Origin: Octopus vulgaris
Lineage: Eukaryota
Length of the DNA stretch: 64,000 nt
NCBI GenBank assembly: GCA_951406725.2
Contig: OX597815.1
Span: 75,020,001-75,084,000, forward strand
Direction: 5' to 3'
Made by a program: the position numbers and the translations under genes. Below the pieces are notes generated by a model. The model was not told the origin of the DNA. It saw only the letters and a list, made by a program, of their open reading frames with translations, and did not search any database. Positions 40,383 through 51,713 of this stretch are shown here, one piece after another (position 1 is the stretch's first letter; each line of letters begins with the position of its first letter).

Positions 40383-40744
40383 TGTACGATATACTGATGA
40401 AGAAAAAAAAGGTAAAAAAAAAAAATGCCTGATAATTGATATAGCATGGCCTGGTAACAGGATTGAAGAGAATGAAGGAAAAGTGAACAACTATGATGAA
40501 TTGAAATGGGGAAATAAGTATGTTGTGGACAATGAAGAAAGTGGACTTGATATCAATAGTAATTGGTGCTCCTTGGCATACAAAGATTGGAACGAAAGTA
40601 AAGATAGAACACCTACAAAAATCATCATTGCTTTGAACTGCAAGAGACCTCCGTAGAGTTCTTGAAGCATGGCCAAAAAAGAAGTCCTTAGTCTGCTGGG
40701 TGTGTGTATATACGCATATGACAATCACTCACTCATTCACTCAC

Positions 40745-40851
<107 letters not shown>

Positions 40852-40872
40852 GTCTCTCTGTCTGTCTGTCTG

Positions 40873-42075
40873 TCTTCCACTTCTTGTGGAAAGGATGAGT
40901 TCCGATTGTCAGGCGATCCGTTTGCTGCCAACACCCGTTAAAAGTAGGGCTGGGCACGCCGCGGTTGATGATGCACAGACACGCGCTGAGATTGAAAAAT
41001 CTCCGGCTCTACGTAGACGACGGTGAACAGGTATGGTCGCCGTTTGTGAGGCGCGCTTTCCCGCAGCTCGTTTCCATGACCGAATTGCAGTCGTGGATCA
41101 AAAAGAGGCCGAGGAAGGGCGAATGGTACCGCAAGTGTCGCGTTGCTCTCGAGCAACTATGCCGTTCCGGGTCGACCTTGAGCGACTGCAACACAACCAA
41201 AGCATTCTACAGGGGATTAGTGGAGGGGAGGTACGACGACGATCTCGGGGCGAACCTGGACGTCGACGAGGAATACCTGATCCGCCTGTTTAAGACGACT
41301 TTCGGGCCGGGATCTATGGACAAATTCCAGAGATCCCTGGCGTGGTAGTGCTATCGAGAAGCGCTACCCGTTCGAGATAAGCTCTACAGGCATGCCTCGA
41401 GAAACTCGGGGCCGACCTACCCGAGATGCGGCTAGAGCGACGAAACCGTTCTGCACGCACTCGTACAGTGTCCAACCATTTCCGACCTGTATGCCTATGT
41501 CGAACGACTGCTATCGCGTGTGGGACGAGTCAGTTTATCAACCGAGTTTATCGTGAATATTGTCCCACCTCCTTCCTTGAAATGCGTCTGAAAGGTCTAG
41601 AGACAAACGCTTTCCTCTCTGGTGAATCTCTCATCAACTTCTTCAAGTATCACTTGAAGAGGAAGGTGAGAGTAGAGAGGGAAGTTTTGTCTTGTGAATG
41701 TTTCAAAAAAATGATGTGTGAATGTAGCAAGGATGGTACGTGTGAATGACCTTGAGCATGATTCTATGAACCGAAAAAAATAAACAAAAAATTTAAAACA
41801 GAGAGTTACTTACTTGTAAATAAATGTGTTAATATGAGACATTTTTGACCGAAGTTACCGTGGTCTTTTCGTAGGTTTTTCTTTCTACGGTTAAACCTCC
41901 CCATTTTTGGGAACTTTTTGTATTATTTCGACTTTTTGTGTATATCCCAAACGATTTCGATCCCTTTTGATCGTTGTCACTAATTTATTTGTTTTCGCCA
42001 CCGCCCTCGAAAAGAAAAAAACTCTATACTGTATTTGTCCCCTCTATGTTCAGCCCTGTGTGGTCAATAAAGAAA

Positions 42076-42077
<2 letters not shown>
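40873..42077 (+). mobile_element. 5'-truncated Tx1/L1-group LINE (C-terminal zf-RVT region plus 3' UTR) embedded in (TCTA)n
   Basis: TTKAFYRGLV...QRSLAW*CYREALPVRDKL...PRCG*SDETVLHALVQCP; GC-rich; AATAAA just before the 3' (TCTA)n; (TCTA)n on both sides. Confidence 0.8.
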
Positions 42078-42157
<80 letters not shown>

Positions 42158-42196
42158 AAGACATGTACACGCGCGCACACACACGCACACACACAA

Positions 42197-42340
42197 TCTG
42201 ATTGGTTAGTATTGGCACAATTTGTCTCTTACTCTATTGCGCGCCAATATGCAGCCCAACCAATCGCAGCCTCCAAATAAATCACGTGAGACAATCTGTT
42301 CTAAACTCCATTTGAGCCAACCGTTAGCTATAAAAATTCA
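42197..42340 (+). promoter_or_regulatory. Pol II promoter-like cassette: 4 CCAAT boxes, E2F-like GCGCGCCAA, E-box, MYB-like site, TATA
   Basis: ATTGG at 42201 and 42211; CCAAT at 42244 and 42260; CACGTG at 42283; AACCGTTA at 42319; TATAAAAA at 42329. Confidence 0.7.
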
Positions 42341-43009
42341 CCTCCTCCTAGTCTCGGAGTCTGTTGGTTCCAGACCTTCTAAGGTCTAACCACTGACCAC
42401 ATTTCAGCAGTCTCCATCTTCGTCACCACCATCATGTCTCTCACTAACGTCTTCAACAACATCTCTACACAGCACCGAAAACACTGCACTGGTTCTAACA
42501 TATCGCTGTTCGTCAGCTTCCTCACCAGGGTTAACAGCAAACATACAACCCATGTAGATGCATGTAGATATGTGAATAAATGTCCATCAACCACTTCCAT
42601 TTATCATTTAGCTTGTGTATATATACGTGTGGCTCACATTAAAGGTATTTAAAGTTACCGCCTTGTTTCATGTATTTCTTGATACTATGTTCCTGTCAAA
42701 TGATGTTACAGTCTTCTGAGTAGAGTCACATTAGATGGAATGCAACCTATCCTTCTAAAAGTACATACCTCGTAAGCTAAAGGGCAACAACAGCTTCTTC
42801 TGGATCTGTGATAGATACATTGCATCCCACTTAGAAGGATATGCCCTCGCTATCCAGGAATGTCTCTGTAAGATCCTAGGCCGATCACGTATACATAATG
42901 TTGTTTGTCCCTTACAACGCGCCAGCATGCCACACTTTTGCTTTTGAACATTGCAAGGCATTTAGTACCCAAATGCACTAGCATACGATCTGGCCTTGCG
43001 CACCCATTT

Positions 43010-43047
<38 letters not shown>

Positions 43048-43699
43048 CTGTTATGCCTAGAGCCTTGTTTTCAAAACGTCTGTGCTCAGCTCAGCTCAGC
43101 ACGTCGGATGTTCACATGCTCTGCGCTCATGTTTAGACATAATTTCCCTCTGTGAGACCCCTGTTTGGTCACGTAATGAATGGAGAAAATTACCTCTCTC
43201 GCGTATCACTCCAGTATGCTACACTGTCGTTCTTGCTAACCCCAGCAATTACCCACGACAACAGCGCCAGACGCATTTCACTTCTGAAAAACCTTCAAGG
43301 CATTTCACACACTGCAATCCCGCAGGAAGATCTTCGATGTCATGGATGGAGAATACAATCACTCGCTCACCTGAACTTATTTTACAGTGACTTTTGATAC
43401 GTGCACCTGTACTCGTGTATACACCCTCACGCACACACACGCGCTAACTCATTTCCTGTACTGTTTAGTCACTGACTGCACATTTTGGCACTCAAAGCAA
43501 CACCGCAGTCACTGTCCTTGAAAGTATTGCAATGGATGACTGATACTGAGAAACCTGCTGATGAAGAAGAACTACTACACCTACAGTGTCTCGTAAGAAA
43601 CAGAAGAACCCACCACTGCGTCAGAACTCCGAAGATGATGAAATGAGATTCTCTGGTCTCCATATTAAGCGTGATATTCCGTCCAAGTCTTTTAAAATG

Positions 43700-43766
43700 C
43701 TGCAGAATTGTGGTTAAGAGCGGGGGTTACTAACCCCAAGATTCCGAGTTCGATTGCCGGCAGTGA

Positions 43767-43811
<45 letters not shown>

Positions 43812-43992
43812 CAACAACAACAGCATCGGAACAATACCTTAGGAATGAGAACCCAGGTTCGAAATTCCCCCAGGACACCTGAAGAAGGCTGGAGAAGTAC
43901 ATCAGCCGAAATGCTGTGTTAACAACAAACAAGGTGAGGACAAATATCCGTCAAATAACGTACATAATTCCTCATCTCTCAAATATAGAACT
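43700..43992 (+). mobile_element. SINE with a tRNA-like head, (TAA)n/(CAA)n linker and hammerhead-like tail
   Basis: GTGGTTAAGAGC...GGGGTT act AACCCC...GAGTTCGATT head; CTGAAGA-stem-GAAA at 43879-43911. Confidence 0.65.
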
Positions 43993-44447
43993 GTTTAGAT
44001 GGATAGTGGCCTGGACGTCGGGTCACCATTACAGATAAATAATCTGTGTTCCATCTAATGTGACTCTACTAGGAAGGCTGTAATATCATTTGACAGGAAC
44101 ACGTTATCAAGAAATACCAGGAACAAGGTGGTAACTTTAAATGTCTTTAATGTGGGCTACACTTATATATACACAAGCTGAATGATAAATGGAAGTGGTT
44201 GATGGACATTTATTCATATCTCTCCATGCATCTGCGTTGGTTGTATGTTTGCTGTTAACCCTGGTGAGGAAGCACACGAACAGCGATATGTTAGAACCTG
44301 TGCAGTGTGTTGGTGCTGTGTAGAGATGTTGTTGACGACGTTAGTGAGAGACATGATGGTGGCGACGAAGATGGAGGCTGCTGTAATGTGTTCAGTGGTT
44401 AGACCTTAGAAGGTCTGGAACCAACAGACTCCGAGACTAGGAGGAGG

Positions 44448-44590
44448 TGATTTTTATAGCTAACGGTTGGCTCAAATGGAGTTTAGAACAGACTGTCTCA
44501 CGTGATTTATTTGAAGGCTGCGATTGGTTGGGCTGCATATTGGCGCGCAATAGAGTAAGAGACAAATTGCGCCAATACTAACCAATCAGA
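44448..44590 (-). promoter_or_regulatory. Mirror copy of the same promoter cassette, facing inward
   Basis: All motifs are retained; only 3 substitutions and 1 indel versus the left copy over ~190 bp. Confidence 0.65.
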
Positions 44591-44734
44591 GTGGTAGACA
44601 AAACGGGGTCCAAAGCAGCGTCCTAAGATTAGCTGTTACCTTCTACGTTCGTATGTATATATATATAATAGAAAGAGGAAGTTCGCTACAGCTGCATACA
44701 AGAAGTTACCATACTTTATCTCGCATGCCCTTTC

Positions 44735-44976
44735 ATTTATATTTGTTTCTTTATTGCCCACAAGGGGCTAAACATAGAGGGGACAAACAAGGACAGGCAA
44801 ACGGATTAAGTCGATTACATCGACCCAGTGCGTAACTGGTACTTAATTTATCGACCCCCAAAAGGATGAAAGGCAAAGTCGACCTCGGCGGAATTTGAAC
44901 TCAGAACGCAACGACAGACGCAATACCGCTAAGCATTTCGCCCGGTGTGCTAACGTTTCTGCCAGCTCGCCGCCTT
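44735..44976 (-). mobile_element. Young full-length tRNA-derived SINE
   Basis: On -: GGCGGCGAGCTGGCAGAAACG...GAGTTCAAATTCCGCCGAGGTCGACTTTGCCTTTCATCC...; near-identical to 58400-58776. Confidence 0.85.
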
Positions 44977-45305
44977 TCATTTATATTATTTCACACACCT
45001 GCCCGTCGAGGCATGGCATTATATCAAGTAACGGTAAATAAATATTTCTTTACGACTTCGATCACTGTTCTTCTTTCATCTTACAAATGGCAAACAACAA
45101 ATACCATTGCCGTTACAGATATGTCGGAAAAAATGGAAATTAATGTTACCCACACATTTTTTGTTGATGACCTAAAATTTTGTTGATGACTTGTAACATT
45201 TCATGTATGTATGTATGTATGTATGTATGTATGTATGTATGTATGTATGTATGTATGTATGTATGTATGTATGTATGTATGTATCTATCTATCTATCTAT
45301 CTAAA

Positions 45306-46272
45306 ATAATAATAATAATGAAATTATTGTATACAGTGCTCAGGTGCACCACAACTTGTCAGAGTATATGCAGTAATGTACAAATGTCTGGAAAGCGAAC
45401 AATGCATGAGTCAGATACTTGCTTGTGTGTGTATGGAGGGGAGAAAAATCAGGTGTAGTGTTGGCAAATCTCAGAAAGCATGGAAGTTTTGAAGGATGCA
45501 GTGCTCCGACAACTAACAACTGATGCCGGCAGTTTGTTCCATGCTTCAGCAACTCTCAGCGTGAAAAAATGTTTCCTGAAGTCATGGGAGCTGTGCTGTT
45601 TTCTGACTTTGTAAATATGTCCACGGGTGTTAGATGGGTGGAGTTTAAAAAGGTGCTCAGAGTTATTGTTGGTACGATGGTTGATAATTTTATGGGTGTC
45701 TGCCAAGTCAGCTGCCAGACGTCGGAGTTTCAGTGTGTCCATGCCCAGGGAAGTAAGGCGTTCAGGATATGGCAAATGCCTGATGGAGGGTATTCTTTTG
45801 GTTGCACGTCGCTGAACGGCTTCCAGACGATTGATATCCTGGGCAAGATAGGGGTTCCAGACCGGTGATGCAAATTCCAGGTGAGGTCTTACCATAGCTA
45901 TATAAAGCCGCAGATAGATAGACGGAGAGCGGCTCACAAAGGATTTGGTGCGTGATGCCAAGACACCCTCAGTCTTCTTGACAATTTTAGCGATGTGTTT
46001 TGTCCAACGCAAATCACTGTCGACAATAACACCCAGGTCACGTTCACATGAAGACTTTTTGAGACTAGTGTTGTGGAGGGAGTAGGTGGACGCTGGGTTT
46101 CTCCTCCCAAAATGCATGGTGGTACATTTATCCACAGCCAGCTTGAGTTGCCAGTCCATGATCCACTGCTGCATTATGTCCAGGTCTGCTTGCAATAGAG
46201 ATCTATAGTGTACAAGATCTGACCTCTTTATTTCGAGGTACAGCTTGATGTCATCTGCATATTTCAGCATGG
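45306..46272 (-). mobile_element. 5'-truncated CR1-type LINE
   Basis: Open 273-aa frame: YADDIKLY, ERDLGVIVDSDL, VRPHLEFASPVWNP, VQRRATK, TRGH, WNKLP; (TTA)n tail. Confidence 0.93.
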
Positions 46273-46529
46273 GATGTAGTTTATAAGAACTTAAAATACG
46301 ATGTAGAGCTCATTTATTTTTTATTATATTACGGTTATACGAAGAAAACAAGTTACAAAACTTTTAGTTTCGTGTATTCCCCTAGAAAGTTCTGGTTATC
46401 TTATGGCTTGTCTTCCAACGTACCCATTTTGCAAAGGCCTTTTCATATGCAAGCAGGCACATTACACGATCGCAGTTCTATGCGAAACTAATAGTTGTGC
46501 AACCTGCTGTGTGACCTGTTGTAAAAGTG

Positions 46530-46850
46530 TGTGATTTGGTCGTTTGGAGTATTCGGCTGGCAATCGCATGGTCGTGATTTCGGTTCCCGGCGGTGCGTTG
46601 TATCTTTCAACAAGTCACTTTATTTCACGTTGCTATAGTCTACTCGGCTGGCAAAAATGAGTAGTAGATGCATTTCATAGGGCCAGCCTTGTCAAATTCC
46701 GTGTCCCACTGAATCTCCCTGAGCACTTTGTTAAAAGTACGCTTATGTGTGGAGCGCACTGCCACTTGCACGTTAATTTCACGAGCAGGCTGCTCTGTTG
46801 ATCAGAACAGCTGGAACACTCATCGTAATCGACGGAGTGCCTGTAGTATG
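46530..46850 (+). mobile_element. tRNA-derived SINE (third family)
   Basis: Homologous in reverse to 63165-63480 (CACTTGCACGTTAATTTCACGAGCAG). Confidence 0.65.
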
Positions 46851-47059
46851 TGTTCCTATATATATCTGTTTGTATTTGTGTGTGTGTGTGTGTTACATAC
46901 ATACATACATACATACATGCAATCATACATGCATACATACATGCATACATACATACGTACATACATACATACACACATGCATACACACATGCATGCATAC
47001 ATACATACACACACACACATACATACATACATACATACATACATACATACATACATACA

Positions 47060-47090
<31 letters not shown>

Positions 47091-48014
47091 GATGGCAGAA
47101 ACTTGATTTTGTGTAATACCATTCTTTACTTCATTGTTTTCTTAAACCTGGGCAGCATGTATGTGGTAATGATGGGGCGTCTTTTGCAGCAGGTTTTCAG
47201 TGAGTTCATCACCCACAGTGACATATGCCTTCATTCCAACTGAATTTTTCATAGAATATTTTGCCTTTCTGGACTACGGCGAGCAACACTTAATAGAAAT
47301 GCAAGAATCAAGCGACATCTTCGCATGAAGCTTTCTAAAGCCTCTAAACAACGGATGCATTAGTTCGAAAAGAGAACTTAGTCAACATGATCGGATGCAA
47401 GCGAAGTGTCTGGTGTTACATCAGAGTTTTCATTCTCCAAACCTGAAGTGAAAAAGTTTCTAGAAAATCCTTTTGTTTCCCAATGAGGATATTAATTTAT
47501 TTTATGTCATTTGTTTTATACTTTTTATATTTATAATTGTATTCTCCATATAAGTGGATTCAATAAACCTTTTGAATTTAAAGAATCTATGATTTTCTTC
47601 CTTTCAACTCAAGTGGGGTAACGTTGGCGTAAATAGGTATATTTTGGAGTAATTGATTAAAGAAGTTCCCCAAACTCTGTCCTAGAAAGATGTCTAAACA
47701 ATGACTAGGGTATTTCTCTCCCTTTTGCCTTTGTCTTACAGGGTATCCAACAAAAACCACCCTCCTCACCATGTAGGTTTGATAGGACTGCCGTTTATGA
47801 CAAGTTAGGACAGCAAATACAGCTGGTTATTAGTCGTGCAATGCCTCTGCGAAATAGTAAAAATTTGTCTAAGAATCTTACCAAATGTCAGTGTTCATAT
47901 AGAACACACGTGAAAATTATCTTGTGAACCCAAACCCGTAATTTCTTCGGATGTGTATGTTTAAAGAGTCGCAGATTTACGATTTTGCTAAAATATCTTG
48001 TTTGCTTATTTATG

Positions 48015-48047
<33 letters not shown>

Positions 48048-49047
48048 CACTTTTTGTTTTTACCTCTCTCCTTTCCTTAATTTAAATTTGACATTTTTGC
48101 GAACAATTTTTTTTTGACAATTACGTTTTGAAGAATTATAATCTCAGATGTTTAAAATATAAATCTGAAAAAGTTTTCAAAAGAAAAATATAAACTGAAA
48201 AACTAAGGAAAGTGTGTGTGTGTGTGTGTAAGCTTCCCTTCTGATATTTTTTATTTTGTAAAATCATTATTTGCGGCGCTTAAAACAGAAATAAAAAATA
48301 ACTATTTTTGTTGCAATGATCGTCTGCAGTACCTTACTGTTCTCTGTCACAGTATTTCTAAGTCACTAAATGATTTTAAAGGAAACCACGTAGTAATAAA
48401 CCATTTGTTATAGTCAAACATAAATATTTACAGGTAAAGAACAACAAAATAATCTTTTAGGGTTTAAACTAAATAGTTTGTTAAAGGGCAATAACTCGAT
48501 TATTCTTACACTAATTTTAAGGCATATTTCTCTCCCTTTAGCCGTAGTTTCTACTGTCTTGTTACTTGCAGGACAAACTACATAAGAACATTTTTTTTCA
48601 TTAGGCTTTACTCGTCCTCCTCCCAAAAATACTGTTTAAAAGAGAACTTTCTTTTGTAATCCACGTGAGAAGGAATTATCTGTTTCATTCACAAACTTTT
48701 TCCTGTTAGTAAATATTCTTAGCCGATTTTTCACGACAACACCACACAAATAACCGAAACCACAGCATCAGAATAGTTACAGAGACTGATACTCAGAGCC
48801 ACTAAACCTTCATAAAATCATACCCAACTATTATGGAAATGAAGGACGTTTTGTACAATATAGTTCCAGATGAGATTAAGTTTGTATAAAAGATGAAGGA
48901 CGGTCACGGTTGGAAGATATTTGGTCGCAATTGCCAAAGCTGATTTAAATAATTTTCATTACTTCTCAATCTGACTCTTCTGTCATCACAATTATCTCCC
49001 CTTAAACATTATGATTTCTGAGATTATTATGCTTTTCAAAAATTGCT

Positions 49048-49422
49048 ATACATACATACATACATACATACATACATACATACATACATACATACATACA
49101 TACATACATACATACACACATACATACATAATACATACATACATACATACATACATACACACATACATACATACACACACATACACACATACGTACATAC
49201 ATACATACATACATACATACATACATACATACATACACACACACACATACGTACATACATACATACATACATACATACATACATACATACATACATACAT
49301 ACATACATACATACATACATACATACATACGTACGTACATACATACATAATACATACATACATATATATACATATATATATATACACACATACGTACATA
49401 CATACATACATACATACATACA

Positions 49423-49458
<36 letters not shown>

Positions 49459-49528
49459 TATATATACACATACATACATACATACATACATACATACATA
49501 CATACATACATACATACATACATACATA
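49048..49528. repeat. ~480-bp imperfect (CATA)n microsatellite
   Basis: Directly visible; similar tracts at 45204-45282, 46895-47090, 50953-51062 and 62395-62850. Confidence 0.97.
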
Positions 49529-50950
49529 ATGAAATGTTACAGGTATCTAGGGGTGGATGAAAATATATCTTACAATAGCACCTGTAACAAAAATGTGTCA
49601 CTAAAGAATATTACAGACGGATATAGAAAATTTGAACCTCAGAACTCTCTGCCTTCAATAAAACACTGGCTCACAATGTGTTTGCAGTGCCAGTACTCAT
49701 ACCAACATTTGGGCTGCTTGATGAAATCTGAGCCATTAACGTGAAAACCCGAAAAATACTAAGAGGCACACAAACTTTCCACATAAACAGTGATGTAGAC
49801 TGCCACTACCTTAAACGAAAACAAGGCGGCTGAGACTTAACATTGATCCAAAATACCTTTGAATGTTGCTTCATATCCCTTCGGCAACATCTTCTAACCA
49901 TCAGGTGTCGAAGTGCATCCCTTGACCAGGTTTGCATACATGTGGCTGATAACATCATAAGACTTGGAAGGCAGCTCCTTGAGCAACACACTTTGTCTGA
50001 TAACCTAGAATACATGCCCAAAGAAGTCGCACAACTCTATCGCAACGTATCATCAGATGAAAGGATGAGCCTATATGAGCAGAAGACTATTCATGGATAT
50101 GTTAGTAGAAAACTCTGTGATGATAGTAACATCGATCATCATAGCAGTTTATCATGGACCAATAGCTGGATTATAACCTCCCACTTTGAAGGGTATGCGT
50201 TTGCAATCCAGGAAGAGGAAATTTCAACCAAGTACCTGAGGCACAAAAGGGATAGAGATGCAGGAAAAGCTGTAAAATGTGACAACCGATGCAACTCTGT
50301 GGAGTTCACACTGAAGATAGATATCACCCACATCCTAAGCAGTTGTTCGAAAATGTCATCACGGTATAATCTACCGATGAGACATGACGTTGTAGCTAGG
50401 ACACTCTATAATGAAATCGGTCAAAAGGATGATCCCGAGAACAAAGAAATAAGAACCCACATAATGGTAGAAGCCATAACCACTCATAATAAAAAGGAAT
50501 ACTGGTGGAATGTACCAGTGAAGACCTCATAAAATATAAACATAACAGACCTGATGTAATGATTTGGGATAGAGAAGAGAAACTGCGCACAGTTGTGGAA
50601 ATTAGCTGCCCAGCGGATGTTAATATACAGCTGAAGATCAGTGAAAAAGGGAACACATGCTGAACTATTGAGAAATCTGCAGTTACTCTATCCATATTAC
50701 AAGTTCAGGTTTGTACCTGTAATTATTGGAGCCCTAGGATATGTAACACACTCCCTAAATACCAATCTTGAGAAATTAGGCTTCTCAAAATCAGAAAGGA
50801 GAAAGCCAATTCGAAGACTACAGATCAGATCTATCACTGGAACTGTAAAAATCTATAAAACTTCCCAGAAGTTTATCATTTAAATTTATATGAGCATGTC
50901 TAGATATGCAACTATATGAATGAGAATATATACATAAAACATACAAGTCT
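49529..50950 (+). mobile_element. R4/Dong-type non-LTR retrotransposon 3' half (RT end, CCHC remnant, RLE endonuclease), embedded in (CATA)n
   Basis: YRYLG, YLKRKQGG*DL, AIQEEEIST, DITHILSSC, RHDVVA, HNRPDVMIWD...VVEISCP and PVIIGALG motifs; several frameshifts. Confidence 0.85.
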
Positions 50951-51031
50951 GCGCATACATATATACATACATACATGCATGCATACATACATACATACAT
51001 ACATACATACATACATACATACATACATACA

Positions 51032-51062
<31 letters not shown>

Positions 51063-51713
51063 GAAGGAGACTTGGGTCTAGATTAGAAACATCTAGGCTG
51101 TAACAACGATGGCAATGGCAGTATCCCTAACGGCAGCAGCAGTAGCAGCATCAGCAGTAGCAGCATCAGCAGCTTCCCCAACGGCTATTTATATATATTG
51201 TAGTAATGATGTCAAACAAAATAGTGATGTATTTTGAAATCATTTAATACGTACGTTTCAGGTTAGCACAATATATTATGGGAAATGCAAGTATTACGTA
51301 ACCTTTTCTCAGTTATACCATACACACACACATATATGTATGTATGTATGTAAGTATGTATGTATGTATGTATGTATGTATGTATGTATGTATGTATGTA
51401 TGCATGTATATTTTTCTTTTTTTTTCTTTTTACTTGTTTCAGTCATTTGACTGCGGCCATGCTGGAGCACCGCCTTTATATGGATAAAAATAATTTGCTT
51501 CAGAATCCTTGGTAGTCTGAGTTTCAAGTACATGGCTAATCTTCGGCCATTAGAGTCTGAATCCAATGGTCGAAGACTAGCCACGTGCTTGAGACTCAGA
51601 GTACCAAGGATTCTGAATCAAACTGTTTTGATATACATGTAACTCACAATAAATGTGTTGAGTGCCCTTCTTTCGTTTGTCTACTCACTCGTGTGTATAT
51701 ATATATATATGCA

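Larger units (their letters stand above)
42197..44590 (+). other. Long inverted repeat (arms 42197-42744 and 44045-44590, ~93% identical, 1.3-kb loop); candidate hairpin-RNA gene
   Basis: Arms aligned by hand: TCTGATTGGTTAGTATTGGC... versus ...GCCAATACTAACCAATCAGA. The repeat is directly visible; the hairpin-gene role is inference. Confidence 0.9.

Noticed and set aside
42434-42652. 72-aa ORF (MSLTNV...) downstream of the TATA box as a duplicated protein gene
   Set aside because: The mirror copy in the right arm is frameshifted after ~14 codons, and the differences follow RNA pairing rather than codon position.
43710-43765. tRNA gene
   Set aside because: It has A/B-box-like motifs but no complete cloverleaf and runs into (TAA)n; better explained as a SINE head.
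42197-44590. Inverted repeat as the TIRs of a MULE, Polinton or foldback DNA transposon
   Set aside because: No TSD is visible (flanks ACACACAA / GTGGTAGA), there are no diagnostic termini or transposase, and the strand-biased G:U pattern is not expected of TIRs. Disfavoured rather than excluded.
49002-49744. Long ORFs of (MYVC)n/(HTYI)n, also at 36696-37030, 46675-47243 and 62314-62911
   Set aside because: Stop-free translations of CATA/TATG microsatellites, not proteins.
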